Shown: in pieces, positions 30,205 to 38,675 of the stretch
How the letters are laid out: each line of letters begins with the position of its first letter
Position numbering within the stretch: the first letter of the stretch is position 1
From: Oligoflexia bacterium
GTDB taxonomy: Bacteria; Bdellovibrionota; Bdellovibrionia; JABDDW01
DNA: 64,000 nt
Assembly (NCBI GenBank): GCA_043732305.1
Contig: JAYTHU010000031.1
Location: 4,739 to 68,738, forward strand
Direction of reading: 5' to 3'
Notes under the pieces: generated by a model
Seen by the model: only the letters and a program-made list of their open reading frames with translations
Database searches by the model: none
Told to the model about the DNA's origin: nothing
Position numbers and translations under genes: made by a program

Positions 30205-32106
30205 ATGACCTTATTTTTTTTAAACACAGGCGGGTTCAATGATCATCGCCGTGGAAAAAGAACTCGACCCTACCCGAAAAGCGGGAATTTTTTTCAGGAG
30301 AAAAAAAGCGGAGCCATTCTATTCGTTTTACTAACTTCGCTATGTTCGTTTCTCGTAACTGGTGCAAGTCAGGCTCAAGAAGTCACCTCATTAACCATCA
30401 GTGATGCCTGTCAGGCTATCTTGAAAACCCTAAAGGCAACGTCCAACCCGCATGAAAAAGACTCCGTCAATTACACTCCTATCAATGATCAGCAAATCGT
30501 GGATGGAGGAAAATCAATATCCAGCGTGCTTGCTGCCGCCCTGAGGGAAGATTTTCTCTCAAGTCCCAAATACATCATGCACGAACATCTCACAGAATTT
30601 TTGGAACCTGCCATGGATTTGGCTAGAGAAGTGAGCGCAAGGCAATTGGTCGGCCAAACCAGAGAAAAACCAAAAAGCATTCTAGAGATAGAAACTCATC
30701 TTTATGGAAATAAAAGTTTAACGGCGAAGATTGAGGAAGCTGAACTGGCTCTCGACAAGCTTCAGAAAAAAAGTATTTTTCGCAAAAAAGCGACAGAGGA
30801 GGTATTTAAAATTGCGAATGAAATTTTATCCTGTCGCACTGCCATTCAATCTTGCAAGCTTGATATCAAAGGGACTCTCATTCAACTGAACCACGAGTAC
30901 CGCCTGTCCCATGCTGTTGAACTTATTTTGACCGATCACTTAAAAATCCTCGAGAATCTTCAAGGACGTCACACCGAAACATCAATTCAGACAGTGATAG
31001 AAATTAAAAAAGCGGAGTTGAATAGACTGCTGGCGATTTTCAAAGCGGTTTCTACGCAGATTGAATCAGTCATTGAAGTCGGACATACCGTGGTGAAAGA
31101 TGCGGACCAGCTTTCATCCGATAGAATTTCGCAACTCGTGATCAATGCCGCCAAGCAAAGTCCTTCCTTAGATTTGACGTATCTAAATCCGGAGACTGAA
31201 GAAGAAGTACAAGAAAAACTTGATCCCGGAGTGATCTTCAAAGATCCCGCGACGGCGGCTCTGCAAAAACTGATTGACCTCACAACTTCCGATATAGGCA
31301 TACGCGAAACCCTATTGAATAAAATTTATCCTCAGATCTACACACCCTCTGGATACTCTTGGATGGTGAGGTACAAAACCCGGAAAGCCCTTGATCGAAT
31401 AAAAAATCAAATTAACATTGGCGGTAAAATCAACATCTACCTTCTTCCATCAGTGATGGAGATTCTTGTGGAATCTTTGGAAACTCTTGATGAGCCAGCA
31501 CTTTTTGCGATCTTGTTAGACCCGGACATTGACCTGCCTGGGTCTCTGCCACAGCTTTTTTCAGCAATCACTCAGCACCCTAAGGCAAAGAAAATACAAA
31601 ACATTTTGCCCAGTTTTTTAGCCGGCAAAACCAGTTGGACAAGGAGCCGTGATTTTAGTGATCAGGTGACGGAGATTTCGAATTACTCCATCGGAGATCG
31701 GTCAAAACTTGATTCACTGGAGATTCTCATACGTAAATCGACGACCATATCACAAGACGAGTTTCTGCTTTTGGCAGCGAAAACTCCTTCTAACGTTCCC
31801 TGGGGCCTCCCAACCGATGTTTACCTTAAAGGAAAACTCACCGCCTATGGTTTCGCGAAGCGAGATCTGATGGCAATACACATCAAGATAGAATTTAATA
31901 TCATTTTTGATGCTCTCGAAAAAGTCTCAATCAGAGATATTGAGTCAAAACAAAATTGGGAAAGGAAGGTCATTGGAATACTCACCACCCGGTTAAGGGC
32001 AGCCTATCCAGATGACAATTTTCCTAAAGAGGTGACGTTGGTTACGGCTTTGGACAATTTGCTCTTGAGAGCCATGCAATATTCCAGCAAAAGGTGTTAC
32101 GAGTGA
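30205..32106 (+). CDS. Secreted helical protein, paralog array member 6 (divergent orientation)
   Basis: Signal-like segment ending GASQA; ACQAIL, LSSP, KPKSILEIETHLYG, CRTAIQSC, LNHEY, DLTYL; start codon uncertain. Confidence 0.85.
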   Translation: MTLFFLNTGGFNDHRRGKRTRPYPKSGNFFQEKKSGAILFVLLTSLCSFLVTGASQAQEVTSLTISDACQAILKTLKATSNPHEKDSVNYTPINDQQIVDGGKSISSVLAAALREDFLSSPKYIMHEHLTEFLEPAMDLAREVSARQLVGQTREKPKSILEIETHLYGNKSLTAKIEEAELALDKLQKKSIFRKKATEEVFKIANEILSCRTAIQSCKLDIKGTLIQLNHEYRLSHAVELILTDHLKILENLQGRHTETSIQTVIEIKKAELNRLLAIFKAVSTQIESVIEVGHTVVKDADQLSSDRISQLVINAAKQSPSLDLTYLNPETEEEVQEKLDPGVIFKDPATAALQKLIDLTTSDIGIRETLLNKIYPQIYTPSGYSWMVRYKTRKALDRIKNQINIGGKINIYLLPSVMEILVESLETLDEPALFAILLDPDIDLPGSLPQLFSAITQHPKAKKIQNILPSFLAGKTSWTRSRDFSDQVTEISNYSIGDRSKLDSLEILIRKSTTISQDEFLLLAAKTPSNVPWGLPTDVYLKGKLTAYGFAKRDLMAIHIKIEFNIIFDALEKVSIRDIESKQNWERKVIGILTTRLRAAYPDDNFPKEVTLVTALDNLLLRAMQYSSKRCYE

Positions 32107-35045
32107 AACCGAAATTTTCTGCTTCCACATTTCTAATTTTCGATTTTTTAATCTTCGCAACTCTTTTAAGCTTCGGCTTATGTTCAAGCTTAGGCTTTGG
32201 CGCCGAGCTTTTACGTTTCCCTTTCCAAGACGGAAGAAAAATTCTGGTGACTCAGGGTGATTCGGGCGTTCACGTTTCTTATGTCAGAAAAATAGATTCT
32301 TCGAATACAATCAGCAGCGCAGGCAAAGAAGTGGAAATAGAATTTCTCACTTTGCCAGAGCTAACGGGTTTTTCAGTCTTTAATAATTCCGACGTTTCAA
32401 ATCACATTCCGAAAGAAATCAAAGCTTATAAAGTTGTTCAATCCAAAAAGTCGAACTTTGAGTTTAAAAACTGGTTGATCCTATCGGATAAAACCCATGG
32501 CTATTTTATACGGCAACATAGTTTTTCTGGAAATAGCAAAATCCCTCTGGTGGTTTTTAAATTCAAAATGCCAAGCGACGTCAAAATGATTTCATCAAGT
32601 TATGGGATGGGACCGGAAGGATCGCGATTTCTATATTTTATTTCTGTCGATGGAAAAACAGCCAAAACTATGGTTTTTAGTCCAGAAGAGGGAGACCAAC
32701 CACTCAAATTAATTCCTCAATTTGTAGATCTTGGAAATATTCAGGAGCCGGTTTTCCAAATTGTTGGCGATGAAATCGTTTGGAAAGAACGATATCTGAA
32801 AAAATATAATTTCGACCTTCCTGAAATCAAAGACATTAAAACAGGGAATTCAAAAAACAATCCCATGGGTGATATTGAGAATTCTCAGGCGAATTTGCAA
32901 AACACCGCCCGCATGGCTCATGAAGCTGCCACGGAATTATCCAAACCTGCGAACCAAAGAATGAAATCCGCAGAACGGACCCAGAATTTCAATCATTCTC
33001 TTGCCACACCTGATGCTGATGTTGAATACAAAGGCCTTCATTACAAAATTGAAGAGTCACTTGAAGGAGTCGAAATTGTCAGGCTCAAAGATCTTAAAAG
33101 CCTCACTGTAAGCAAAGGAAGCTATAACTCAACTCATATTTTAGATGGCGGAATACTGAAATTTTCGGATATCTCTCGAGAAATATCTCTAGATCACTTT
33201 GATGCCGAATGTGCCTTCATGCCCACTGGAAACAATCCCCAAGAAGTAAAGTTCATGGAAGGAACTTATGAAAACTTTAGAAAGACCGGATCAATAAATC
33301 TCGTTCTTCCTGATTCGCGAAAAGAACTGGTCAGACAGGCGGTAAAACGCATGCTCGGTGAAAAGAAAAACAGCCTGCTTCTGACTGAAGGTTTTGGAGA
33401 TCGAAAGTTCATTGTTCAAAATATAGTTCAGGCCTTGCCACCCACCTGGCGCGTGCTTACGCTTTCACCGGGACCACTCTCTAAAGACATCAACTACTCG
33501 GGAAAAATTCAGGAAAACGTTTCCCATATTTTGGAAGCGGCAAAGACGACGCCTCTGGTTTTGGTGGCCGAAGACTTTCATATCTACAAAGGTTTGGGAT
33601 CTACTGGTGGCAATCAAACTGATGTGCTTGAACTGATCCGTGATGCGGTCTTGAGTGGCCAACTGCGGTTGATTGCACTCTCCGGAGAGGAATTTAACGA
33701 GCGTGTTCATGATCCTGCTTGGGACCGAGCCCTTTTTAAAATTCCCCTTACTGATTTGAGTCAGGTAGAAGTTTTTGAATTCTTAAAAAATCTTTGGGCG
33801 GTAGATGGAAAAGGACTTCCACTTCCGAGCGCCAAAACTCTAAATAAAATAATCGATGTTGCGGGGAAATTCAATGTGACTGAAGAAGACCCCGCCCGCT
33901 CCGCCGATTTCATGGCTGCATACATTTCAGAATTGAGCGAGACAACGTCTCCATCCATCGACGTGAACGATGAAGTTTCTCTTTTGAAATCAGCTAAAGA
34001 TTTCTATCGACTAGATCCTTCACTGATTGATCCAAAAATTTTATTCTCTAAAGTTCAGAACTTTATTCCTAAGGTTCGCGATTACGGTCTCATGGGGCAT
34101 GATCATGTGATTGCAGCGGCAAAAAAAATGATTGCAAACTCCCTTTCTGGCGCATCACTTGATCCCGGGCCTGGATTTATTATGTACGTGGATGGTCCAC
34201 CCGGCGTTGGAAAAACCGAAATGGCTAAGAGTTTTGCTTCGGCCATGGATTGGAACATCAAAAGAATTGTCATGCACCAGGCAATGACCTCAGACACTCT
34301 GCTTGAAAATCTTTATCGCGCACTGAAAAAAAATCCACACTCTCTGATTTTTCTCGACGAGATAGAAAAAGCATCTCCCGACACTCTCAAGGGACTTCTT
34401 CAAACCATGGACAATGAGTACTTCAACGTGGATATGGAGATTGGCGACAAACAAAAACGCACGGTGCGCGCGTCTACTAAACATGCGAAGTTTATGCTCG
34501 CTGGAAATGTACTGGGCGAAGCAATCTCCCATTGGTGGCATGATCATCCGGAATATATTAACTCTCTCACACCACCTCATATGCAATTCATAAAGGACAT
34601 GGGCGGCGAAGAACGTTTGCGGCAACTATTGATTCAAGAAGGTCTTCCGTCCCCGCTCATTGATAGGGCCTACGTGACTTATGCTTTTCCGCCGACACGA
34701 GAACAGATAAAAGGTTTCCTCACTTTTAAGATCAACCTGATGATAAAAATATTTGAAAAAAACAATGATCGAAAATTAGTCTTCACTGGTCTTGAAAAAT
34801 ACATTGAAGATGTGACTGATTTTGCTATTCGGGAAAAGCTTGGACCAAGATCCATTTTGCGCGCCACCACGGGCTCTAATGGAGATTTCGCAAGCATTCT
34901 GGCAAACCTTGCAAGCACGTACGCTGCGGCACCGGGGAGTCATGACGGGCCGGTGAAGCTTCGATTCGATGAAAAAAGAACGGATCCCACCCACGACTGC
35001 CAAAATATTTTGGCAGAAATGGAAAATGAGATCCGAGAAAACTAA
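32094..35045 (+). CDS. ClpA/ClpB-like AAA+ protein with a signal peptide, a novel N-terminal domain and a degenerate D1
   Basis: D2 Walker A GPPGVGKT and Walker B IFLDEIEKA, LLQTMD, LIDR, LGPR; D1 remnants YSGKIQE, VAEDFH, DPAWDRAL, P.RS.D. Confidence 0.85.
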   Translation: MLRVKPKFSASTFLIFDFLIFATLLSFGLCSSLGFGAELLRFPFQDGRKILVTQGDSGVHVSYVRKIDSSNTISSAGKEVEIEFLTLPELTGFSVFNNSDVSNHIPKEIKAYKVVQSKKSNFEFKNWLILSDKTHGYFIRQHSFSGNSKIPLVVFKFKMPSDVKMISSSYGMGPEGSRFLYFISVDGKTAKTMVFSPEEGDQPLKLIPQFVDLGNIQEPVFQIVGDEIVWKERYLKKYNFDLPEIKDIKTGNSKNNPMGDIENSQANLQNTARMAHEAATELSKPANQRMKSAERTQNFNHSLATPDADVEYKGLHYKIEESLEGVEIVRLKDLKSLTVSKGSYNSTHILDGGILKFSDISREISLDHFDAECAFMPTGNNPQEVKFMEGTYENFRKTGSINLVLPDSRKELVRQAVKRMLGEKKNSLLLTEGFGDRKFIVQNIVQALPPTWRVLTLSPGPLSKDINYSGKIQENVSHILEAAKTTPLVLVAEDFHIYKGLGSTGGNQTDVLELIRDAVLSGQLRLIALSGEEFNERVHDPAWDRALFKIPLTDLSQVEVFEFLKNLWAVDGKGLPLPSAKTLNKIIDVAGKFNVTEEDPARSADFMAAYISELSETTSPSIDVNDEVSLLKSAKDFYRLDPSLIDPKILFSKVQNFIPKVRDYGLMGHDHVIAAAKKMIANSLSGASLDPGPGFIMYVDGPPGVGKTEMAKSFASAMDWNIKRIVMHQAMTSDTLLENLYRALKKNPHSLIFLDEIEKASPDTLKGLLQTMDNEYFNVDMEIGDKQKRTVRASTKHAKFMLAGNVLGEAISHWWHDHPEYINSLTPPHMQFIKDMGGEERLRQLLIQEGLPSPLIDRAYVTYAFPPTREQIKGFLTFKINLMIKIFEKNNDRKLVFTGLEKYIEDVTDFAIREKLGPRSILRATTGSNGDFASILANLASTYAAAPGSHDGPVKLRFDEKRTDPTHDCQNILAEMENEIREN

Positions 35046-35053
35046 ACCTTAAA

Positions 35054-37189
35054 TTATATCTTATAGAACTTCTGGCCACCACGAGCCATCTGCAAGAGTG
35101 CTTCAGACGGTTTGAATCTCGGAGCCTTATTCTTAACAGACAATTCTTCGAGCTCATCCACAATGGCGTTTACACCAAGGCTATCGGCCCATTTAAGTAG
35201 TCCACCTCTGAAGGGCGGAAAACCTGTGCCCATTATCATGCCCAAGTCGACATCGTCAGGGCGTTCGACGATTTTTTCCTGCATACACATGGCGGCTTCA
35301 TTGATCATGGGAAACAAAACACGTTTCACCATTTCATCTGGATTGAACTTTCCGGGCGTTTTGGTAACTCCGGTGATTTCATAAATTTTAGGATCCACGT
35401 GCAACATTTTTCCAGTCGCATCGTAAAGATAAAATCCTGAACCATTTTTCTTGCCGAATTTTTTTGCATCGACAACTTTGTGCATAACAGGTGAAGGCTC
35501 CGCGCGAACTCCGAAAGCTTTAAATAAAATTTTCGCCACTTTTTCCGCAACATCGATCCCCACTTCGTCGATCAAATGCATTGGACCCATGGGCATTCCA
35601 AAATTCAATAAAGCTTTATCAATATTTTCAATGCTCTCGCCTTCACTGAATACGTAACAAGCTTCGTTCAAATAGGGCATGAGCAAACGATTGACTAAAA
35701 ATCCGGGACATTCCTTAACCACTATGGGAGTTTTTCCCATGCGTTTGGAAAGTGCAAAAATAGTTGCAGCTGCTTTGTCGCTGGTTTTTTCTCCTCTGAT
35801 CACTTCGATCAAAGGCATTTTTGCGACGGGATTGAAAAAATGCATACCCACAAAATTTTCTGGCTTCGGCAAAGCGGATGAAATTTCATTGATGCTCAAA
35901 CTCGAAGTGTTACTGGCAATAATGACATCGTCTTTGCATTGACCTGCGACTTCGGCTAAAACTTTTTTCTTCACATTTATATCTTCAACGATCGCTTCAA
36001 TCACTACGTCCAAAGTTTTGAACCCAGCAAAGTCTACTCCACCGGAAATGTGATCCATCTTTCTTTGATATTCAAACTTGTTGATTTTCTTTCGTTTGAC
36101 ATCTTTTGAAAATAAATCCGCCGCGGTTTTTATTCCTTTGGCGATAGCATCAAGATTCACATCTTTCACTCGGACCATCATGTTTTTGTCCGCAGCGAGT
36201 TGTGCAATCCCGCCCCCCATTGTGCCCGCTCCAAGAACGCCGACGTGTTCAATGGGAGAAAGATCAATTTTTTTATTTCCCGGGAGACCAGTTTGTTTTT
36301 TCACAGCCTCAGTCATGAAATAAAGAGAGATTAAATTTTTACTGACAACAGTTGCCGCCATTTCACCGAATCCATCGGACTCGATTTTCATTCCTTTGAC
36401 GAAATTTCCGCCGTAGGTTTTTTTAATGACTTCAAGTGCTTTCAAAGGCGACGGATAATGTCCACCCGTTTTAGCCATGAGAGCTTGTTTAGCTTTTGAG
36501 AAAATCACAGCTTTCGCAGGACCTTCTAAAATAACATTTACCAAACCCTTGGGTTTGAAAAACTTTCGGCGCTTGCCTTTTACAACAGCGTCTTTGGTGA
36601 ATTTCACCACCTGCTCATGCAGAAGTTCTTTAGGCACGCACAGATCTATAAGGCCGATTTTATATGCTTTGCTTCCATTCACAGATTTACCGGCAAGAAT
36701 GATATCTAAACTTTGCTGAAGTCCAATCAAACGGGGCAACCTCTGAGTTCCACCGAACCCTGGAAAAACTCCCAAATTAACTTCTGGTAAACCAATTTTG
36801 GTTGATGGGTCATCGGTCGCGATCCTATAATCACAAGCTAATATCAGTTCGCATCCGCCCCCCATGCACGCTCCGTGAACGGCCGCAATGGTAGGCATGG
36901 GAAGAGCTTCAAGCAAAGTAAAAATACTTTGGCCAAAGGCTGCCGCTTCGGCGCCTTCCTCTTTTGTTTTAAGTGCTTTAATTTCTTCTATGTCAGCACC
37001 GGCAATAAAAATATTTGGCTTTTTAGAAATGAAAACAACAGCTCTATATTTTGATTGCGCAAGTTCTTCGATCACCTGCAACAGGCGTAAAAGAACACCA
37101 CCGGTAAGTTTATTTATTTTTTCACCGGGAAGATCAAATTCAACCCATGCGGTATCACCATCAGCCTTGATAGTGATCGCCTCATTCAT
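35054..37189 (-). CDS. fadJ: Fatty acid oxidation complex subunit alpha (hydratase/3-hydroxyacyl-CoA dehydrogenase)
   Basis: [47 protein letters not shown] and GTGFPPFRGG; start placed at MNEAIT. Confidence 0.93.
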   Translation of the reverse strand: MNEAITIKADGDTAWVEFDLPGEKINKLTGGVLLRLLQVIEELAQSKYRAVVFISKKPNIFIAGADIEEIKALKTKEEGAEAAAFGQSIFTLLEALPMPTIAAVHGACMGGGCELILACDYRIATDDPSTKIGLPEVNLGVFPGFGGTQRLPRLIGLQQSLDIILAGKSVNGSKAYKIGLIDLCVPKELLHEQVVKFTKDAVVKGKRRKFFKPKGLVNVILEGPAKAVIFSKAKQALMAKTGGHYPSPLKALEVIKKTYGGNFVKGMKIESDGFGEMAATVVSKNLISLYFMTEAVKKQTGLPGNKKIDLSPIEHVGVLGAGTMGGGIAQLAADKNMMVRVKDVNLDAIAKGIKTAADLFSKDVKRKKINKFEYQRKMDHISGGVDFAGFKTLDVVIEAIVEDINVKKKVLAEVAGQCKDDVIIASNTSSLSINEISSALPKPENFVGMHFFNPVAKMPLIEVIRGEKTSDKAAATIFALSKRMGKTPIVVKECPGFLVNRLLMPYLNEACYVFSEGESIENIDKALLNFGMPMGPMHLIDEVGIDVAEKVAKILFKAFGVRAEPSPVMHKVVDAKKFGKKNGSGFYLYDATGKMLHVDPKIYEITGVTKTPGKFNPDEMVKRVLFPMINEAAMCMQEKIVERPDDVDLGMIMGTGFPPFRGGLLKWADSLGVNAIVDELEELSVKNKAPRFKPSEALLQMARGGQKFYKI

Positions 37190-37214
37190 AGGCTTGATCG
37201 TGGTTTTAAATTTA

Positions 37215-38558
37215 TTAATTTTCTCGTTCGACAATGACAGCTCCACCTTGTCCTCCTCCGATGCATAATGTTGCGAGTCCAAATTGGACTGATCTTCTCT
37301 GCATTTCTTTTAATAGTGTCAAAATCAATCGAGAGCCGGTCGCTCCGACTGGATGACCAAGCGCAATCGCTCCGCCATTCACGTTCAAAATAGAATCGTC
37401 GAATTCTCCGAGCGCTTCATTCACACCCATGCGTTGCTCATAAAATTTAGCCGACGCCATAGCTCTGCGACACGCAATGACTTGCGCAGCGAAAGCTTCG
37501 TTGAGTTCAATGAGACCAATATCTTTCAATTTTAATCCAGCACGTTTCAATGCGAGTGGAGTCGCGAGTGCGGGACCAAGTCCCATGCGCTCGGGTTCCA
37601 AACCAGCAAAACCGTAAGAACGCATAACGCCCAGTGGTTTGTAGCCCATGCTCTCAGCTTTTGCTCGAGACATCATGAGCATCATGACGGCTCCGTCAGT
37701 GATGGGACAAGAGTTTCCAACAGTGATTGTTCCAAACTTTTTATCAAAAAAAGGTTTTAGTTTTGCGAGTTTTTCCATGCTGATATCTTTGCGTGGACCG
37801 ACATCTTCTTTAAGATATTTGTCAAACTTAGGAGGCAAGAAAACAGCAGTCATCTCTTCTTGAAGTCTAGCTGCTGCAGCGAGCGCTTTTTTATGCGAAT
37901 TAAAAGCGTACTCATCTTGCTCTGTGCGAGAGATCTCAAATTCTTTGGCTAAAATTTCTGCGGTCTGGCCCATGTTGATTCCACAAACAGGATCAGTCAG
38001 GCCTTGCACAAGAGCAATATTTGGTTTGTTGGGAGTTTCTGCCATTGGACCGGTAGTCATGATGTCTTTGATCTGTGCAAAATCAGATTTGATCAAATTC
38101 ATTAATGCGCCGATTCTCTGACCGCCACTCTTGGCAGAACCCAAAGCTTCAAGCGCTCTGACTTGAGTCTGACTCATCATGATGGGCATTTGTGACATGC
38201 TCTCAGTGCCGCCTGCAATAACGGTATCAACCATCCCGCTTCGAATTTTATCAAACGCTTGAGAGACTGACTCCATGGCGGAGGCACAATTGCGATGCAC
38301 ACTGTAAGCAGAAACTTCTTTGGGAATTCCTGCATTGAGCGCAATCACGCGAGAAATATTCACGGCATCTGCTGGGCTGCCAGTATTTCCGATGATCACT
38401 TCTTGAATCGTTTTCACATCAAGATTAGTTTTATTTATTAATTCTTTTAAAGCCTGACGACCAAGCTCCACAGGATGCACATTCTTAAAGTTTGCTCCCG
38501 CTTTGACAAATGGCGTTCGTACGCCTTCAACAATGACAACATCATTCGGTGATTTCAT
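37215..38558 (-). CDS. fadI: Acetyl-CoA C-acyltransferase (thiolase)
   Basis: RTPF, NCASA, NEAFAAQ, NGGAIALGHPVGATG and CIGGGQG motifs. Confidence 0.93.
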   Translation of the reverse strand: MKSPNDVVIVEGVRTPFVKAGANFKNVHPVELGRQALKELINKTNLDVKTIQEVIIGNTGSPADAVNISRVIALNAGIPKEVSAYSVHRNCASAMESVSQAFDKIRSGMVDTVIAGGTESMSQMPIMMSQTQVRALEALGSAKSGGQRIGALMNLIKSDFAQIKDIMTTGPMAETPNKPNIALVQGLTDPVCGINMGQTAEILAKEFEISRTEQDEYAFNSHKKALAAAARLQEEMTAVFLPPKFDKYLKEDVGPRKDISMEKLAKLKPFFDKKFGTITVGNSCPITDGAVMMLMMSRAKAESMGYKPLGVMRSYGFAGLEPERMGLGPALATPLALKRAGLKLKDIGLIELNEAFAAQVIACRRAMASAKFYEQRMGVNEALGEFDDSILNVNGGAIALGHPVGATGSRLILTLLKEMQRRSVQFGLATLCIGGGQGGAVIVEREN

Positions 38559-38597
38559 CTGGGTCCTCTCAGGTAAAGGTGCAACTCAAAAGTAGCA

Positions 38598-38653
38598 TTG
38601 ACACCCCGACCCCCACAAGTCTAATCTCTGCCTAATCTCTGGCCTAATCTTTG
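38598..38653 (+). promoter_or_regulatory. Sigma70-like promoter for maeB overlapping three direct repeats
   Basis: TTGACA at 38598, TCTAAT at 38620; CTAATCTCTG at 38621 and 38632, CTAATCTTTG at 38644. Confidence 0.5.
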
Positions 38654-38675
38654 GTCACTATAAACAGGAGAATCC

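Noticed and set aside
30205-30310. Homopolymer runs (T8, T7, A7) at the 5' end of paralog 6 as phase variation or a frameshift joining ATG 30239
   Set aside because: Such runs are common in this AT-rich sequence and the frame from 30205 is already open
19750-35045. The locus as a prophage, T6SS/ClpV cluster or known anti-phage system
   Set aside because: No integrase, phage structural, tss or nuclease motifs seen, and all products carry signal peptides
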